NCBI GenBank assembly: GCA_035084275.1
Contig: CM068749.1
Location: 13,578,001 to 13,642,000 of the forward strand
Direction of reading: 5' to 3'
DNA: 64,000 bases
From: Hydrolagus colliei
Lineage: Eukaryota
The notes beneath the pieces were generated by a model, which did no database searches, was not told the DNA's origin, and saw only the letters and a list, made by a program, of their open reading frames with translations. The position numbers were made by a program, and so were the translations under genes. How positions within the stretch are numbered: position 1 is the first letter of the stretch; each line of letters begins with the position of its first letter. Shown piece after piece: positions 50,149 through 63,160 of this stretch.

Positions 50149-52549
50149 GTAGATTTATTTTTCTGACTGAGAGGCAAACAAACTAATGTTATCTCTGATC
50201 AAAATCATATCTATTTGATGCTAACCAGAAATATTGCATATTGCTTACGAACCCCTTTGTTTGAAATGTGTTGGATCTTGAATTTACCCATGTTTGTACA
50301 ATATTATATAAAATAAATTCTCACTCCCGTAGGCTATTTGGGAGAATTGCACATGTACAGCATTAATATACCTTTTGTGGTGAAGAACAGGCAGGCACTT
50401 GAAAAACCTCAATGCAAACAGGTTTGGAATCTTAATATTGTATCAATGATTTCTCACAGTGAAATCTTCCATCATAGATTGCCTACAAAATCAATGTTAT
50501 GTTACTGTTTTACCGCTTTACCCCAGCACACGTAGACTCTACTATCTTGTCAAAGGAAAGAGATAAGCATTTTGACTGGTTCTAATTTCACTGTCAATGA
50601 ATGGTGCAAAAGTTGGATATTTCAGCATACTCTTCTTGTGCATATGCCACACATTGAAAACATTATGTAGTTTTCCTTGGTCCGGTTACAATAGTGCTAC
50701 AATTTCTACATTGGCACTTCTTGTTTGATTGATAGAACATCACTGAATCAGGCCCGAGACAATGTCTGAGCATAGTTTGACAAAACAGTGGCACTTTGAG
50801 CAGTCAAGTGAATTAGAGCAAGAAACCTGAAGCTTCTTGCCAAAAATAAAAAAGCCAGGAATTTGTGCAAAACTTCAAAATCGAGAGTCTTTAAAAGTTT
50901 ATCAAAGAACTTGTTCCCCAATGATACGAAAATAGTTTTGGAACACCAAGAACGTTTAAGGAAGTACTGTAGACCCAGACTTCCACCCACTGGATTTATG
51001 CTCCACTGGCACAACCAAAAGTGCTGCCAGACCTTCGCTGGCACGTATTGTTGGCAGTACAACAGTATGTGCCAGCATCCAGATTCAGAAGGGAATCATG
51101 TTATTCAATCTCAAAAAAATACGAAAACCACAGTGTAAGCAGCAATGCAGTTTATTCAGATACTATTTAGGGTATTTCTTAAAAAAAAGATGCATCACTA
51201 AGGTAAGGTCTGCAATTCAGCTTGACAAGAACTGAATTAAAAGCACTTCTTTGATGCTGTGCACAAGCAATGTAAAAATAATGGGAAACTTGGAGCAGAT
51301 GGTTTGGCATTAACTAAAGCTCAAGTTCAAAATAGCTGAAGGCTGTTTTAGTACTCCAATGAAATTTCCAACCTTTATTTGTGAGGGAGTGTACTAGAGT
51401 TTAAGGGCTGCTGCAGCATTGGCAGGACTAAGGTGGTGTGCAGTACAAAGTTTAAAGCAAAGTGTGTTAAATGGGGTGTAACTTGACTAAGTGAGCACTG
51501 CGCAGTTCGTAAACACTTCCAACTTTTAACTACCAAGAGTGTTTTGATTGGTAAATCAGAGGCCTGCTTCTAAGGTCTATTCAGAGTAAAGGTGACTCAT
51601 CTGCAAAACAGGTTTCAACAAAGTCATATTCTGTACTTCGACTATAGTTGTGAGAGTAAAAGACATTTAACCAGAAGATGCATCTGATCGACCACTAACT
51701 GACGCTGGAAATATGAATGCCAAATTCAGCTCATTATGTGAATTGAATTGCAAACAATTAGAGCAAAGGTACGTCAGAGGGTGGTAGTGGGTGAGTGAAC
51801 AGAAGAAATCATGTTGAATCAGTATGTGAAAACGTAAGGAATCAAATGCTGGTTTTGCATTACAAGTCTGCCTGCAGAGGCAAGCCTACCTCTCCTGACA
51901 ACTTGTAGTGAAATGTGGCTGACATTCCCAGCAGAAAAAGTATTTAAACCTTCCTTTGAGTCCCATCTCCCAGTGTCTCTATACTGTTGGCCTCCGTCTG
52001 CAAAATCAGAAACGGTTAACGCCAGCACTCAGTGAAAGCCTCCCGTTTACTTCCTACTATCCTCACCTGCAGCTAGGAACATATGGTGTCATTTGTTTAT
52101 GCTACTTTAGCACCCGCAGATGCGAAAACACTATGGTGCATAAAGGTCGGGTGAAGTCACCTGATATTCGGGTACATCTTCTGGTCTCTGTCGCGGCGAC
52201 AATCGGCAAAATAATCTACTTAAGACACAGCAACAACACCTTCCATTTATATGGAGCCCTTTGTGTGGGGTAGAGTCCCAGAGCGCTTGTTCATTTTGTG
52301 CATCCTCAGAACGTCATCTCACTGTGAGCTTCTGGCCCTACCTAGCTCAACTCCTTCTTCTGAGCTCTGACAGCAAAATGTGCAAATGAAAACGCAGCTG
52401 TCACATGGAAAGCAGCACTGAGATTGTCAATGTTTGCCTTTCATCTTTGTCACAGTCTGCAGCCTAGGAACCATAATATAAAAGCAGCATTAGCCAAATT
52501 CACAGACTACACTCTGAAGTAGGTGGAGGTGAGCATACCATGTTCCCAG

Positions 52550-53123
52550 TTATCATAAGCCTTTGTCACCTCTCGGCTGGACTATTCCAATGCCCTCCTC
52601 GCCGGTCTCCCCTCATCCACCATTCACAAAATCCGTGTTATCCAAAATTCCGCTGCCCACATTCTCACCCAAACCAAACCACTCCCCGAATAACCCAGTC
52701 CTTGCCAGACTTCACCTGCTCCCTGTCTTGGAGCAGATCAATTTCAAGATCCTCACTCTTGTTTTCAAATCCCTCCACTCCTCTGCACCTCCATATTTCT
52801 CTGACCTCTCTCCTCACAAGTACCCGTTGCCTTTGCTCTACTGGGTCTGGCCTCCTTCTTGTCCTCCAAATCCTCCATTCCACCGTCAGCGGCCGTACCT
52901 TCAGCCACTGCACCCCGAGGTTCTGGAACTCCCTTCCTCACTCCCTTCACCTTGTCCCCTCCTTTCCTACTTTCAGGTTACGGCTAAAAACCTTTCTTTT
53001 CAACCACGGTTTTGGTCACCCTTTTCCCCCTCCCCCTGGCTCGGCCCCGGGATCCGTTATTGTGAAACGCTCTGATATGCCATTTGGCATGGAGGGCGCT
53101 ACATAAATCCAAGTTGTTGTTGT
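52550..53123 (+). mobile_element. L2-clade LINE 3' end, same subfamily as 21430-22056
   Basis: PVLARLHLLPVLEQINFKILTLVFKSLHSSAPPY; tail GGCATGGAGGGCGCTACATAAATCCAA(GTT)n. Confidence 0.92.
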
Positions 53124-55587
53124 ATATATACCATCAAGTATTCATTCACAAAATCAAGCATAAAAGCGCTTTGGCTTCAAAGAATAACACAAATCTCTTT
53201 TTGTTTACCTTTTAAATCGCTGTGTACTTTCATTCAGGAGTAAAGAACAAAAGTGAAATCTTGCTGCAGATATTGGTTTGCTGGGCAACTGAAGTTTGGA
53301 AATGATAAGGGACATTACTGAACATGTAGAGACTTTCAAACAGTAACCGAAGCAAAGAATTGATGGTTAAGATTGAAAGAATATGAAGAATAAAAAAAAG
53401 CATTCAATACCCATTAATGCAATGGTTGCTAATGCAGATCTTACTTATTTGCTTACAATTTTTTTATAGAACTATATCAGATATGAAGTTCTTTGTACCT
53501 TCACCTCCTCTGCATCTGTGGTTCATACATTTAATAAAATTTATTAAGCTGAATCATGATTTTAGCAGTAAACTCAACTGAGTGCATGAACTCCTTCCAG
53601 TAACCAGAAGTACATTAGGCATATCACACTGATCCATGTGAACACTGCTTTGAAAGTACAACAACAACTTTGATTTGGATAGCACCCTTCACATTGAATA
53701 GGGTCTTGGATGGTTCAAAGTGATTTACGTTTGATCGGTCTCCCTGCAAATTAATGTATTATATCGCACACTTTCATAATTTAGGAATACTATTAGAATT
53801 GTTAGGCACCAGTCTTCGCATAATTATTGCCAGTACTGTTAGTGAGCACACATTACACTGCCTGCTTCACAAACACATCAGAAAGTAACTTGTTCACTGC
53901 AACAACAAAAAAAACTGAACAGGAATTTCAAGTTTTTGGCCACAGCAAAGGAAAACAACCTTTGTTGTTTGACATGGCAGACTGGATTGCACTTCACCAG
54001 CGCAACCTTGATTTTACTTGACTTGTAGTTCATCCTTGATCATGCAAAAGAACAATATTTATTCATTAAGTAGCTGACGTGATGTATGAGAACCAGAGTC
54101 ATGAGGTCTTTGAAAAGAACAATGCTCTTGTGCACATTATTTTTAAGTACACATTTGAGATATTGGGTGTAACACACCCGAATCGTATGACGGTGATCAG
54201 ATTAAGTGTATTTTACTCTGTGCTTTTAAACAATGTATGGATTGTTTTCAATCAATAGAATTTTTACAGGTTTTGTACAGAACAATTCTGTGACATTACC
54301 CTGATAATTGGATCGTGTGTTCATTGTCAACTTAACTAAGGCACCAGGAAAACAGCTGTGATCTGCACCAGCTGTGAAAGAAACAGGTCTTTTGGATCTC
54401 ATTTCAAATCATACGATTGTTTGCGCTTCATGCATTGAGTTTAAATGACTGGTTTACCCAATGTTTAAATCCTTTTTTTTTCTTTTTACAAAAGGAATAT
54501 ATAAATTGGGAATGTGAGAAGGCCACCTCGTCCAATTAAGTCATTAATAACCCTAATTGTAGATGTGGATAAAGCTCTCAATTGTTTTCTCCACTTCGCT
54601 TAATTCTTTTACTTTCAGGTGTTCATTTTGATGCTCCAAGTTGTTATTACTCGCCACGTATCTATCATCTCTTTTCTAAATATCCCAATCATTTCTACAT
54701 CTCTGTCCTTCAGGGGCTATGCATTCCACGTTCTCACAACCCTTGCAATAAAGAAATGCTTTCTGATCCCTGCTATTACTTGTTGAGCATTCCTACCATT
54801 TAACCTGATGTTTTACAGCCTTACTGAATGCGAGTGGCTAGATAGTGCCAATTGCTGATAAGATAATAAGAGAAAGGAATACCCAAGTAAAACTGGCTGG
54901 ACATGTCTTATGCCACAGAAATGTTCTTTGTACCAGTAAACCATGAAGCAGCAAATGAGTAAGCATTGAAGTAAACAATTGTTCCCTAAAGTGGAAGAAA
55001 ATTGTACATAAAGATGAGTGTAAAAGTAACCATAGGTGGCTTCATAATAAATTTACCGCAACACATTAAATGGCGAATTGTTGTGCTTTTTATCATTGTT
55101 ATCTTTTATACTGGTAGATTTTGTTGTGGTTACATTACAGTATGTGGTAAGTTTTTTTTGTTTAAAAGTCTGTGCTTCACAGGACCCAGCCTATGATCTC
55201 ATGCATTAAAAGGCATTATGCTGCACTAGCAAAATATCGTTGTCAAGTTTACTTTGTTAATCACATGTAAACCATAGCTTTACCTTTATCCGTTTCTGAG
55301 AAATAGTCCTTGGAGTTTGGCTTGAGATCGCATTTCTTGTATCCCAGCTATAGTACATTTTGGGTGGGTCCAAGCTTCTGGCAATGTTGTGCAGATCCAT
55401 TACCTGTTTTGCGATAGTCAGAGAGTCCTGGTTAATTAACACAGAGGGTATTCACGGAGGATCACACAGGAGAAATGTGGTGTAACCAGCCACATCACAA
55501 TATGCAGTATTTGAGCTGGTTGTAAAAAAAATGTCACTCTTGTCCTTCATTCACTACATAAACCAACTGCCCTGACTTGTGTTTCAG

Positions 55588-55724
55588 GATTACCAAAGAT
55601 GCAAGTTACCAGAAGGTATAATGGGGTACCTCAACCTCCTCAGTATGCTGGACCTCCGTTAAACATTCAGTTGGGAGATATCATTGAAGTTGTGCGAGCG
55701 GAAGCACACTACTCATGGTGGGAG
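55588..55724 (+). CDS. VAV3: VAV3 exon 20 (137 nt), N-SH3: LPKMQVTRRYNGVPQPPQYAGPPLNIQLGDIIEVVRAEAHYSWWE
   Basis: gtgtttcag acceptor with CCCTGAC branch site, GAG|gtaaga donor. Confidence 0.96.
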
Positions 55725-56929
55725 GTAAGAACTCAAGTCATTAAAAGGTCTAATGAAAATTAAGTAAACGCGGTATGACTAATGGGTAGAATTATTTATC
55801 CATCATTAATGTGCCTTTTTCCCTACACAAATCTGGCCTTGTTTGTTAATGTTTAGATGTGAAACCTTTATGAGGATTGGAAACATTTCTTGCCAGGTCA
55901 TTAACATAATATTGTTGTCATTGGAGTTTGTATTACAGTATTGGCTTTATACTGGGATTGGCTTCATGCTGTTTTTTGAATATAAGAATCACCTTGAAAG
56001 TGTAAACTATGCTTCAGATTATGCTAGCTGTGTGATCATAAAGTTATGTATGTTAGTTAACCAGAAAGCTTTTGAGCATTCCCTAGAAAGCCTGTTACTT
56101 AAGATAACATGCTGTTACATGTACTAAAAGTAGAGTCAGTAGTCTGGGATGATTCACTAGTCAGTTGAGATTATGTTTTAAAAACAATTTGCTTTATTAC
56201 AGAAGTGGTTTCTGAAGGCATGAATAAGGCTTCCACTGATCTGGGTTAGGAACACTTAAGCTGTTTTTCCCAAATTCCCAATCTTTAATGTATGTTTCAA
56301 GCTATAGAGTTTTGTGCAACCATTCTTCATGGGATTTTGTTTAAACCAAGAACTAAGGTTCAGGATTTGAAAACACCATTAAATAGCAGAAACAAATTGG
56401 TAGATGCTATTCCACTATTGAGCTACCAGACTCAGCAGATAATATGAGAAAGTATGACCAGAAACAAGCTGATCTGGTAAAAACGAATAATTGTACTGTG
56501 TCCCAAACAATCCTTGGTCTGTTTTTTGTATTTACAGCCCTGATTGTAAAAAAGTAGTGTGTAGGCTGGGGATTTGCCAGTTTCAAAAGATAGTTTATCC
56601 TGACTGCCACATCTATAACCATATGTAGAAGAAAGAATACAAAATAGTGATTATAAATTAAAAGTTAACCCAATAGTCTTCGAAAGTCAAACTTATCAGC
56701 AACTGAGAGCAGGGTGGTCCAACTGGAGGTCCTCAGCTGGATCCGACAGGCGGTTAGCAGCAAAACCTGTTAATCACTTTCAAGCAGTCATAGGAGAGAT
56801 ACAGAGAGAGAGAGAGAGAAAGAAAGAGGGGCAAAGACACACAGGTGCAGAGAGACAGATATCTCATCGCTGATTGTATTATATTATAATTGTATGAATT
56901 TTTACATTGCCTATTAACTTTGCATTGTA

Positions 56930-57035
56930 ATAATAATAATCCTTCCATTCAATTTAGTGCTTTGCACATCTTCTAGATTCTCAAAGAGCTTCACAGAATA
57001 CTGTATACTGTAAAGTGAATTGACTATATATTTGT
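56930..57035 (-). mobile_element. SINE 3' tail fragment, about 100 bp downstream of a (GA)n tract at ~56800-56822
   Basis: AATAATAATCCTT...CTCAAAGAGCTTCACAGAATA..CTGTAAAGTGAATTGACT. Confidence 0.75.
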
Positions 57036-57739
57036 ATATTGTAACAAATATTATGTTTTTGGAAGCGAATTACAAAAATATTGCTTATGCAGCCAGTGGA
57101 CATTTCTCAGATCTAACATCCGACTCTTGGTAGCCCAAAGTTTGGACTTCCCTGATCTGGAAAAATCTCTTATTAAAGAGGAATTGGTGCTGGGTAATGA
57201 AAACAAAGGATTGTGCAATGGTACAATTGGCAACACGATCTTATCAGATTTCTGAATATTGGAGCAAAGCCACAACGAATTAAATTGTGCACTTTACACA
57301 ATATTCCCAAATGTCTGTGTAGTCTTGCCCCAGGAGCTCTCCATAAATTGTGTAATTTATGGAGGAAAGAACAGGAAAGAATTTTACAGGAAAGAATTTT
57401 GGTAGATAATAATAGTCATTTTTCAAACAACACTCACCTACGTCTGAGAACGCTACTTTTATAATGTGAAAGTATACAGATGTTTGGCTCGGTTTTGTCA
57501 TATCGTAGAGCAATAACATTTTGCTGTGTATTTGTTCATCATTCAGTGGACTTATTGCTCTCTGGTAATAAGCTTTAACATTAACAGCAATTAAAGTAAA
57601 ATAAACTGTTAAATTTAAGGTTTTGGCCCATTGGACATTCTGTAATATAAATCAGTCAGAGATCAACATGAAGAGCATCTGTCCATTTGTTTTCAAATGT
57701 TAAATGGTTTCCCATTTCAATATGTTCATGACATTGCAG

Positions 57740-57805
57740 GGTAAAAATCTTACAACAAAGGAAGTTGGCTTCTTTCCAAGTGATTCAGTAAAGCCTCTGC
57801 CATGT
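57740..57805 (+). CDS. VAV3: VAV3 exon 21 (66 nt), N-SH3 end: GKNLTTKEVGFFPSDSVKPLPC
   Basis: acattgcag acceptor, TGT|gtaagt donor; overlaps ORF 57704..57892. Confidence 0.95.
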
Positions 57806-58903
57806 GTAAGTACAAACATTTCGATATTTGTTAGTCAATGTTCAAATGCGTTTCAAATCCATTGTTGGAAATGTGAAACATGTCTGAATTAATGAAACTA
57901 CATTTGGGAGTTTTTCAATTCGGGCCCAGTGGAGGGGGTGAGGTGCTTATCTTCATGTTTAAATGCACAGTGAAAATTCAATTTACAGATCTAACAGTGG
58001 TGTACTTTTAAACGACGGGTCAATATTTTTCCAAGAGGAAAACAGAGTTCTTGGGGAAATAGAAGAAAATTATCAGGGCTTGAAAGTACTGTACTGCAAT
58101 GCATAAGGAAATAACCCTCAGGCAATATAAAACACCAGGGGGAAGCCAAATAGCTGTATTGATCATTTACAAAGACAATTAACCTAATGTAGTCAACGGG
58201 CAAGGTTGATAATTACATTTGTATCTTTTCCCTCCAAAGCATTTTCTTGAATAAAACAAGAATGCAGTTTCTTACATTGCAACTAAAGAAAAGTGAATGA
58301 CGCCTTAGTTATTTTGTGTCTACAGAGCAAAATAAAGAATTTAATTATCTCCAATTTCAGACCATTTACAAATGATCCACCATACATGCGATATTTTTCA
58401 ATAAAGAACGCCTTTTCAAGTAGTGTGATATTATATTGTAGGAAGAGATTTCTCACTCTAAATCCAGCAAAGTGATAAGAATTCACAAGTCAATGAGAAC
58501 ATTAGCAAAGGTATGTAAACAAGAAGATAGCAGATTATAGAAGATTTATTTAATCGGTTGACAAGATGCAACTCTTATTAGCTACACTGGCTTTGATTTC
58601 TTATTCGTGATATTTGGAGGATAATATTATTCGAATAATGACAACAGTAATTACCAACCATGCCATTTTAAACTTTTTCCTAATCTCTATTTTTGGACAG
58701 GGGTATTTGAAAAGATGGATAATATTCAATTACATTCATTGAATATTACGTTCAACCCACACGCTAGCTGACTATTGAGCATGTTGTTTGCTGATTATGT
58801 GCTTTTATTTAACTTTCACCAAAATCCTTGACGGATTGTAGGGGATTGTTATTGACTAGCATTGACTGACTGTGATGTATCCTTTTGTTCCAATTCAATT
58901 TAG

Positions 58904-58938
58904 GTTCCAAAACCCACAGATTATTCTGGATATCCATG
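58904..58938 (+). CDS. VAV3: VAV3 exon 22 (35 nt): VPKPTDYSGYP(W)
   Basis: caatttag acceptor, TG|gtatgt donor; matches recalled human VPKPVDYSCQPW. Confidence 0.93.
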
Positions 58939-61078
58939 GTATGTATAAATGCACATAAAATATTGTTTGCAGATTTTGATTCCTTTAAGAATTTACCACA
59001 CTGTAACTTTAAGAATTCTAAAATGTTATTTGATATACTTGGTATAGTTGGAAGATTTCTGTTGGAAACAAAATCAACTGAATTCTGATGTTAAATTATA
59101 ATTTAATTCTGATGACATAGATCAATGATGTTTATGCTGAACATTTCCTGATAAGACGTTGTATTGTGCATTTGAATAAAGGAATGGAAGATCTATTTTA
59201 ACGGAAATCCTCTTTGACATTTTCTTCTCAAATTAATAAACTGCCATTCACAAGAACTGAAATGTAATTAATAATGACAATTAAAAAAAAAAAAAATGCA
59301 CTTTGGCTGAGAGAAGACACCAATGGAAACAAATGCACCCTCACCCAACCACCATATCTATTCATCCTTGGATTTGACATTAATCTTGAATTTCTGTGGA
59401 ATAAGGCAACAATTAAATATATTCAGCAATACTTCTCTAGGGTTCTAGCAAAGATTTCCAAAGCCTAATTTATAATTGATTCAATTATATGAAAACAATA
59501 ATTTTCATAAATTCTCCAAACGAAGCAAAAAAAATCTGAAAGTTTTGGTGCTAAAACGCACGAAAAGAAAACGGTGAAATGTAACAGCATTAAATGTTGC
59601 TTCATTTAACTCTATTAATATAAAATCTACTCCAAATCTACTCTAAATGCAATTAATTGTATTTTCTTGCGTATAATGTATGTTGCAAAACAGAATAATG
59701 TCATACAGGCTATTGAGTGTAAAAATAAAGTTCCATGAATAGTGTTGCAGTCTATAAATTAACTGTATTATGAGATAGATCAGTGAATGACTATTGAAGT
59801 AGTCAGTAATTTTGTGTAGTGTGTAAGTATTGTATCATTATAAATTCTGTATAGGTATAACCACATGAAGATTGTCTGCACCACCTGAAAATTTTCTTCT
59901 ACAATTTGTTAAATAACATCCATAAAATATATTATCATTATTCCCCAGAGACTTGTTCCATTGAATGGAATTATGTATAGATAGCTCACTCACTGAGGTA
60001 GTGACAGTGAATGGCATAATATATTTCTGTCACATTGTGAGAAGAACCGGTTTAGTTGTAACCTGTGTGCTTGATGTTCAATAAATGAACATAGCAAATT
60101 TTTAGTGCACAAGGATCTTATTTAATAATGCTGATCTTCCCAGAACTTATCTATTTCATGCAATATTCTGATCCACCTGATTAGGAACAATCAAATTGTG
60201 TTTATTTCTACTTTCATATTTTAATGAACGCTGAGGCTTCTGAATTTATTTTTAGTGACTTGGTGGGACTGTACATTTTTATGATTCATAAATGTGCTGA
60301 TATAGACTGAATCCACCTTGCTCTGATCCAACCCCAAGTGAGATTTTAGGAGGATTTATCTGAACAGGACATACTTGCTCACGCACACATCCTAAAGTAC
60401 AGAATTGCGTACAGAATGCAGCATGCCATCTTTCAAGTGAGCACATGAAACTGAACTAAGATGCATTTACAAAGCAGGAGAAAGTTAAGAAAGCTCTAAA
60501 ATATTTTCTAGTTTGTAATTGGAAGCAATTACTTTTTCCCCCAACTTCATAAGCCAATTCTCATTCATTAAAGGGATTTGCCTAAACGTTGCATTAGAAC
60601 AACTTGCATTTAATATAGCATCCTTCACACAAAGTAACATCTTGGAAATGCTTGAAAAAGATGGGATTGAGTGCCAAGCTAGTCTTAGCCTGTATTGTAG
60701 GGTAAAACTAGGTGGAATTTCGGGCTTTTTAAAATTTATACCTTAGCAATGAATATGGAATTTACAACCAGCCGGCACCTCATTTTTATGTATGTCTTGT
60801 CTCATTGTAGCCAATAGCAATTAATGTTATTGCATTTATCCTTTGTTCCAGTGAGTTTATTAAAACATCTACTCAGTCCAGGTAGTATGCCAATGCTGTG
60901 CCTAGGTATACCAGTGTGCTGTGCTCTTCAAGATTAGATAACTTTTCTAATGAAACTTTGGCTTGGTTTGATTTTGGAGGAACTTAATTCAATTTAAACT
61001 CTATTCAATTTAAACTGCTTCAAGACTTGCGACCAATAGTAGTCAGAATGTGTTAACTAACCGTCTTGTCTTTCACAG

Positions 61079-61195
61079 GTATGCAGGAATAATGGAGCGG
61101 CCACAGGCAGAAAATGAACTCGCGGACCGAGGCAACAGTACTTTCCTTATACGGCACAGGGCAAAGGAAACTGGAGAATATGCAATAAGTATTAA
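61079..61195 (+). CDS. VAV3: VAV3 exon 23 (117 nt), SH2: YAGIMERPQAENELADRGNSTFLIRHRAKETGEYAISI(K)
   Basis: ACTAAC branch site, tttcacag acceptor, AA|gtaggt donor; FLIR phosphotyrosine-binding arginine intact. Confidence 0.96.
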
Positions 61196-61397
61196 GTAGG
61201 TGTCCGTTAGATTTAAATTTACATGCATTTAGGAAATTCTTACTTTCAGCCCTGTTTGTGTTTCATCCATTAGCTAGCCAACTGGAAACCATATGGACCA
61301 TTGATTTTTCTCTGGCTATTATCAATGCTATTATGCAACTGGTTGACAGGAGATGTACTTCTGTGTGGTGACTGTTCAGTTTGCTCTAACCCTTGCC

Positions 61398-61850
61398 TGG
61401 CTCAGTTGGTAGGACTCTTTTAGTCATAATACAGTAATAATAATCCTTGCATTTGATATAGCGCTTTTCACGTCTTCTAGACGTCTCAAAACGCTTCACA
61501 TTTAGTGTCCCACAAACAGTCGTGGATTTTATCACAATCAGAAGGCTGAGGGTTCAACTCATGACCTTGAGCTCAGACTGACATTCCCAATACATTGCTT
61601 GATTGTTAAATAACAGATGAGATGTTAGACTGAGGTCCTATCTGCTGCCTGTTAAACATCCCATTACACTATTTGAAAAGAGAAGGGAGATTGGCCAACA
61701 TTTCCCAAGGTAACAAAAATGATCATTCACTTGTTGTGAGATATTGCTAATAATATTAATCCTTTCATGTGACAGCCTTGTCATGTCGTTGAGACATCCC
61801 AAAGTGCTTCACAGAACATATTGTAAAGTGAATTGACTGTTATTACATGT
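61398..61850. mobile_element. Nested SINEs: older + strand DeuSINE split by a young - strand SINE fragment (~61436-61527), followed by a second - strand tail (~61750-61850)
   Basis: Head GGCTCAGTTGGTAGGACTCT resumes as ATCAGAAGGCTGAGGGTTCAA after the insert. Confidence 0.75.
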
Positions 61851-62301
61851 TACAGAAAAAAACTCTGTAGTGCATTGCGATATTTCAATGCTTTAATCAC
61901 TGTATCAAATTAGAAAGTTTATTATTATAATTATTTTTCGCAAATTGCTCCTTTTAGTGACCATGGTGATAAATGAATGTTTACCTGAGGTTGTGTTCCA
62001 CTGTCAATTAGAAGTCTCTCAGATTAGAAGTCATTTTTGTGACACCTGTCAGACTGCCTTTGCAAATGTATTTTACTCTGAGCTGTAGGAAAGCAATTGC
62101 AATATCATCCAGAGAGGTTGTATGTAATTCCTACCTTCACACAGGATGTACTGAACACATTGTTTTCTAATCATATGCCTAGTCTACAAACTGATAGTGC
62201 AAGCATAAGTTAGTTGTTGTAGTACCTGACCTTTAGTTTATCCATACTTTACAACATGCTGCTGATCCACCCAACATTTCAATCCAATTCATTATCCGCA
62301 G

Positions 62302-62389
62302 GTATAATAATGAAGTCAAACACATCAAGATTATATCCAGAGATTGCTGTTTCCACATTGCAGAAAATAAGAGATTCAGAAGTTTAATT
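62302..62389 (+). CDS. VAV3: VAV3 exon 24 (88 nt), SH2: YNNEVKHIKIISRDCCFHIAENKRFRSLI
   Basis: atccgcag acceptor, ATT|gtgagt donor. Confidence 0.95.
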
Positions 62390-63030
62390 GTGAGTATTGA
62401 TTCCACTAGCAAGATTTACACGTCCTGTAAGCACACCTTCAATAAAGTTACTTAAATGATTACATACCCCTTAATTAAAGCAGGGGAAGTACTGAAAGCT
62501 TCTTCTGTTTATTGAGAACATTAAACAGAGACTATAAGACAGGAGAATTTATTCGGTGCGAGGCTGATGCCTGATGGATGACTGAATTGGGACTTTAGGT
62601 TCGTGTCCACGATAGAAAGCAATGCTGACCTCTAGTGTTTTCAGCCACTTGCTAACGCTGGTTGTTACTGAATATGGATTGATGTCCATAGAGGGCATCA
62701 AATGTTCCAGTCTCCACTGGATGGGCTGCTGGGCTCACACAATCATTTCTCCTCAGAGTTTTATTTTCATTTTAAATGGTTTGATTTGAAATGTTCCACC
62801 TTTCGGTGCCAGTCCTCTTTTTTTCTTCTATGATCATGTTTCTTGCATGATTTAATATACATTCATTTTTTAAAAATCAAAAGCAAACTAGAGTTCCAAA
62901 TCGGAAAGCTAAACATTCTTGATAAACTCTTCATTGATGTACCATATGGTTTAAAAATTCCACTAAATCACCTAGAACTAATACTGGTACCCGCGGGTAT
63001 GTATTAACTTAAGAACTATTCTTTTGACAG

Positions 63031-63160
63031 GAACTTGTAGACTATTATAAATATCACTCCCTTAAAGAGGGATTTAGAAGTTTGGATACAACACTTCAGT
63101 ATCCATATAAAGAACCTGAAAACACCACAATTGCAAAAAATCACAGACCGGGGAGTCATT
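63031..63160 (+). CDS. VAV3: VAV3 exon 25 (130 nt), SH2 end: ELVDYYKYHSLKEGFRSLDTTLQYPYKEPENTTIAKNHRPGSH
   Basis: cttttgacag acceptor, T|gtaagt donor. Confidence 0.96.

Larger units (their letters stand above)
2342..63160 (+). other. VAV3: VAV3 gene body (coding exons 2-25; exon 1 and exons 26-27 outside the window)
   Basis: 24 GT-AG exons with compatible phases join into one frame with Vav architecture CH-Ac-DH-PH-C1-SH3-SH2. Motifs [51 protein letters not shown] and VGFFPSD fit VAV3 better than VAV1/2 (from recalled sequences). Confidence 0.95.

Noticed and set aside
51330-52230. Locally CpG-richer stretch resembling an ancient DNA transposon or MITE
   Set aside because: No terminal inverted repeats, target duplication or second copy could be established
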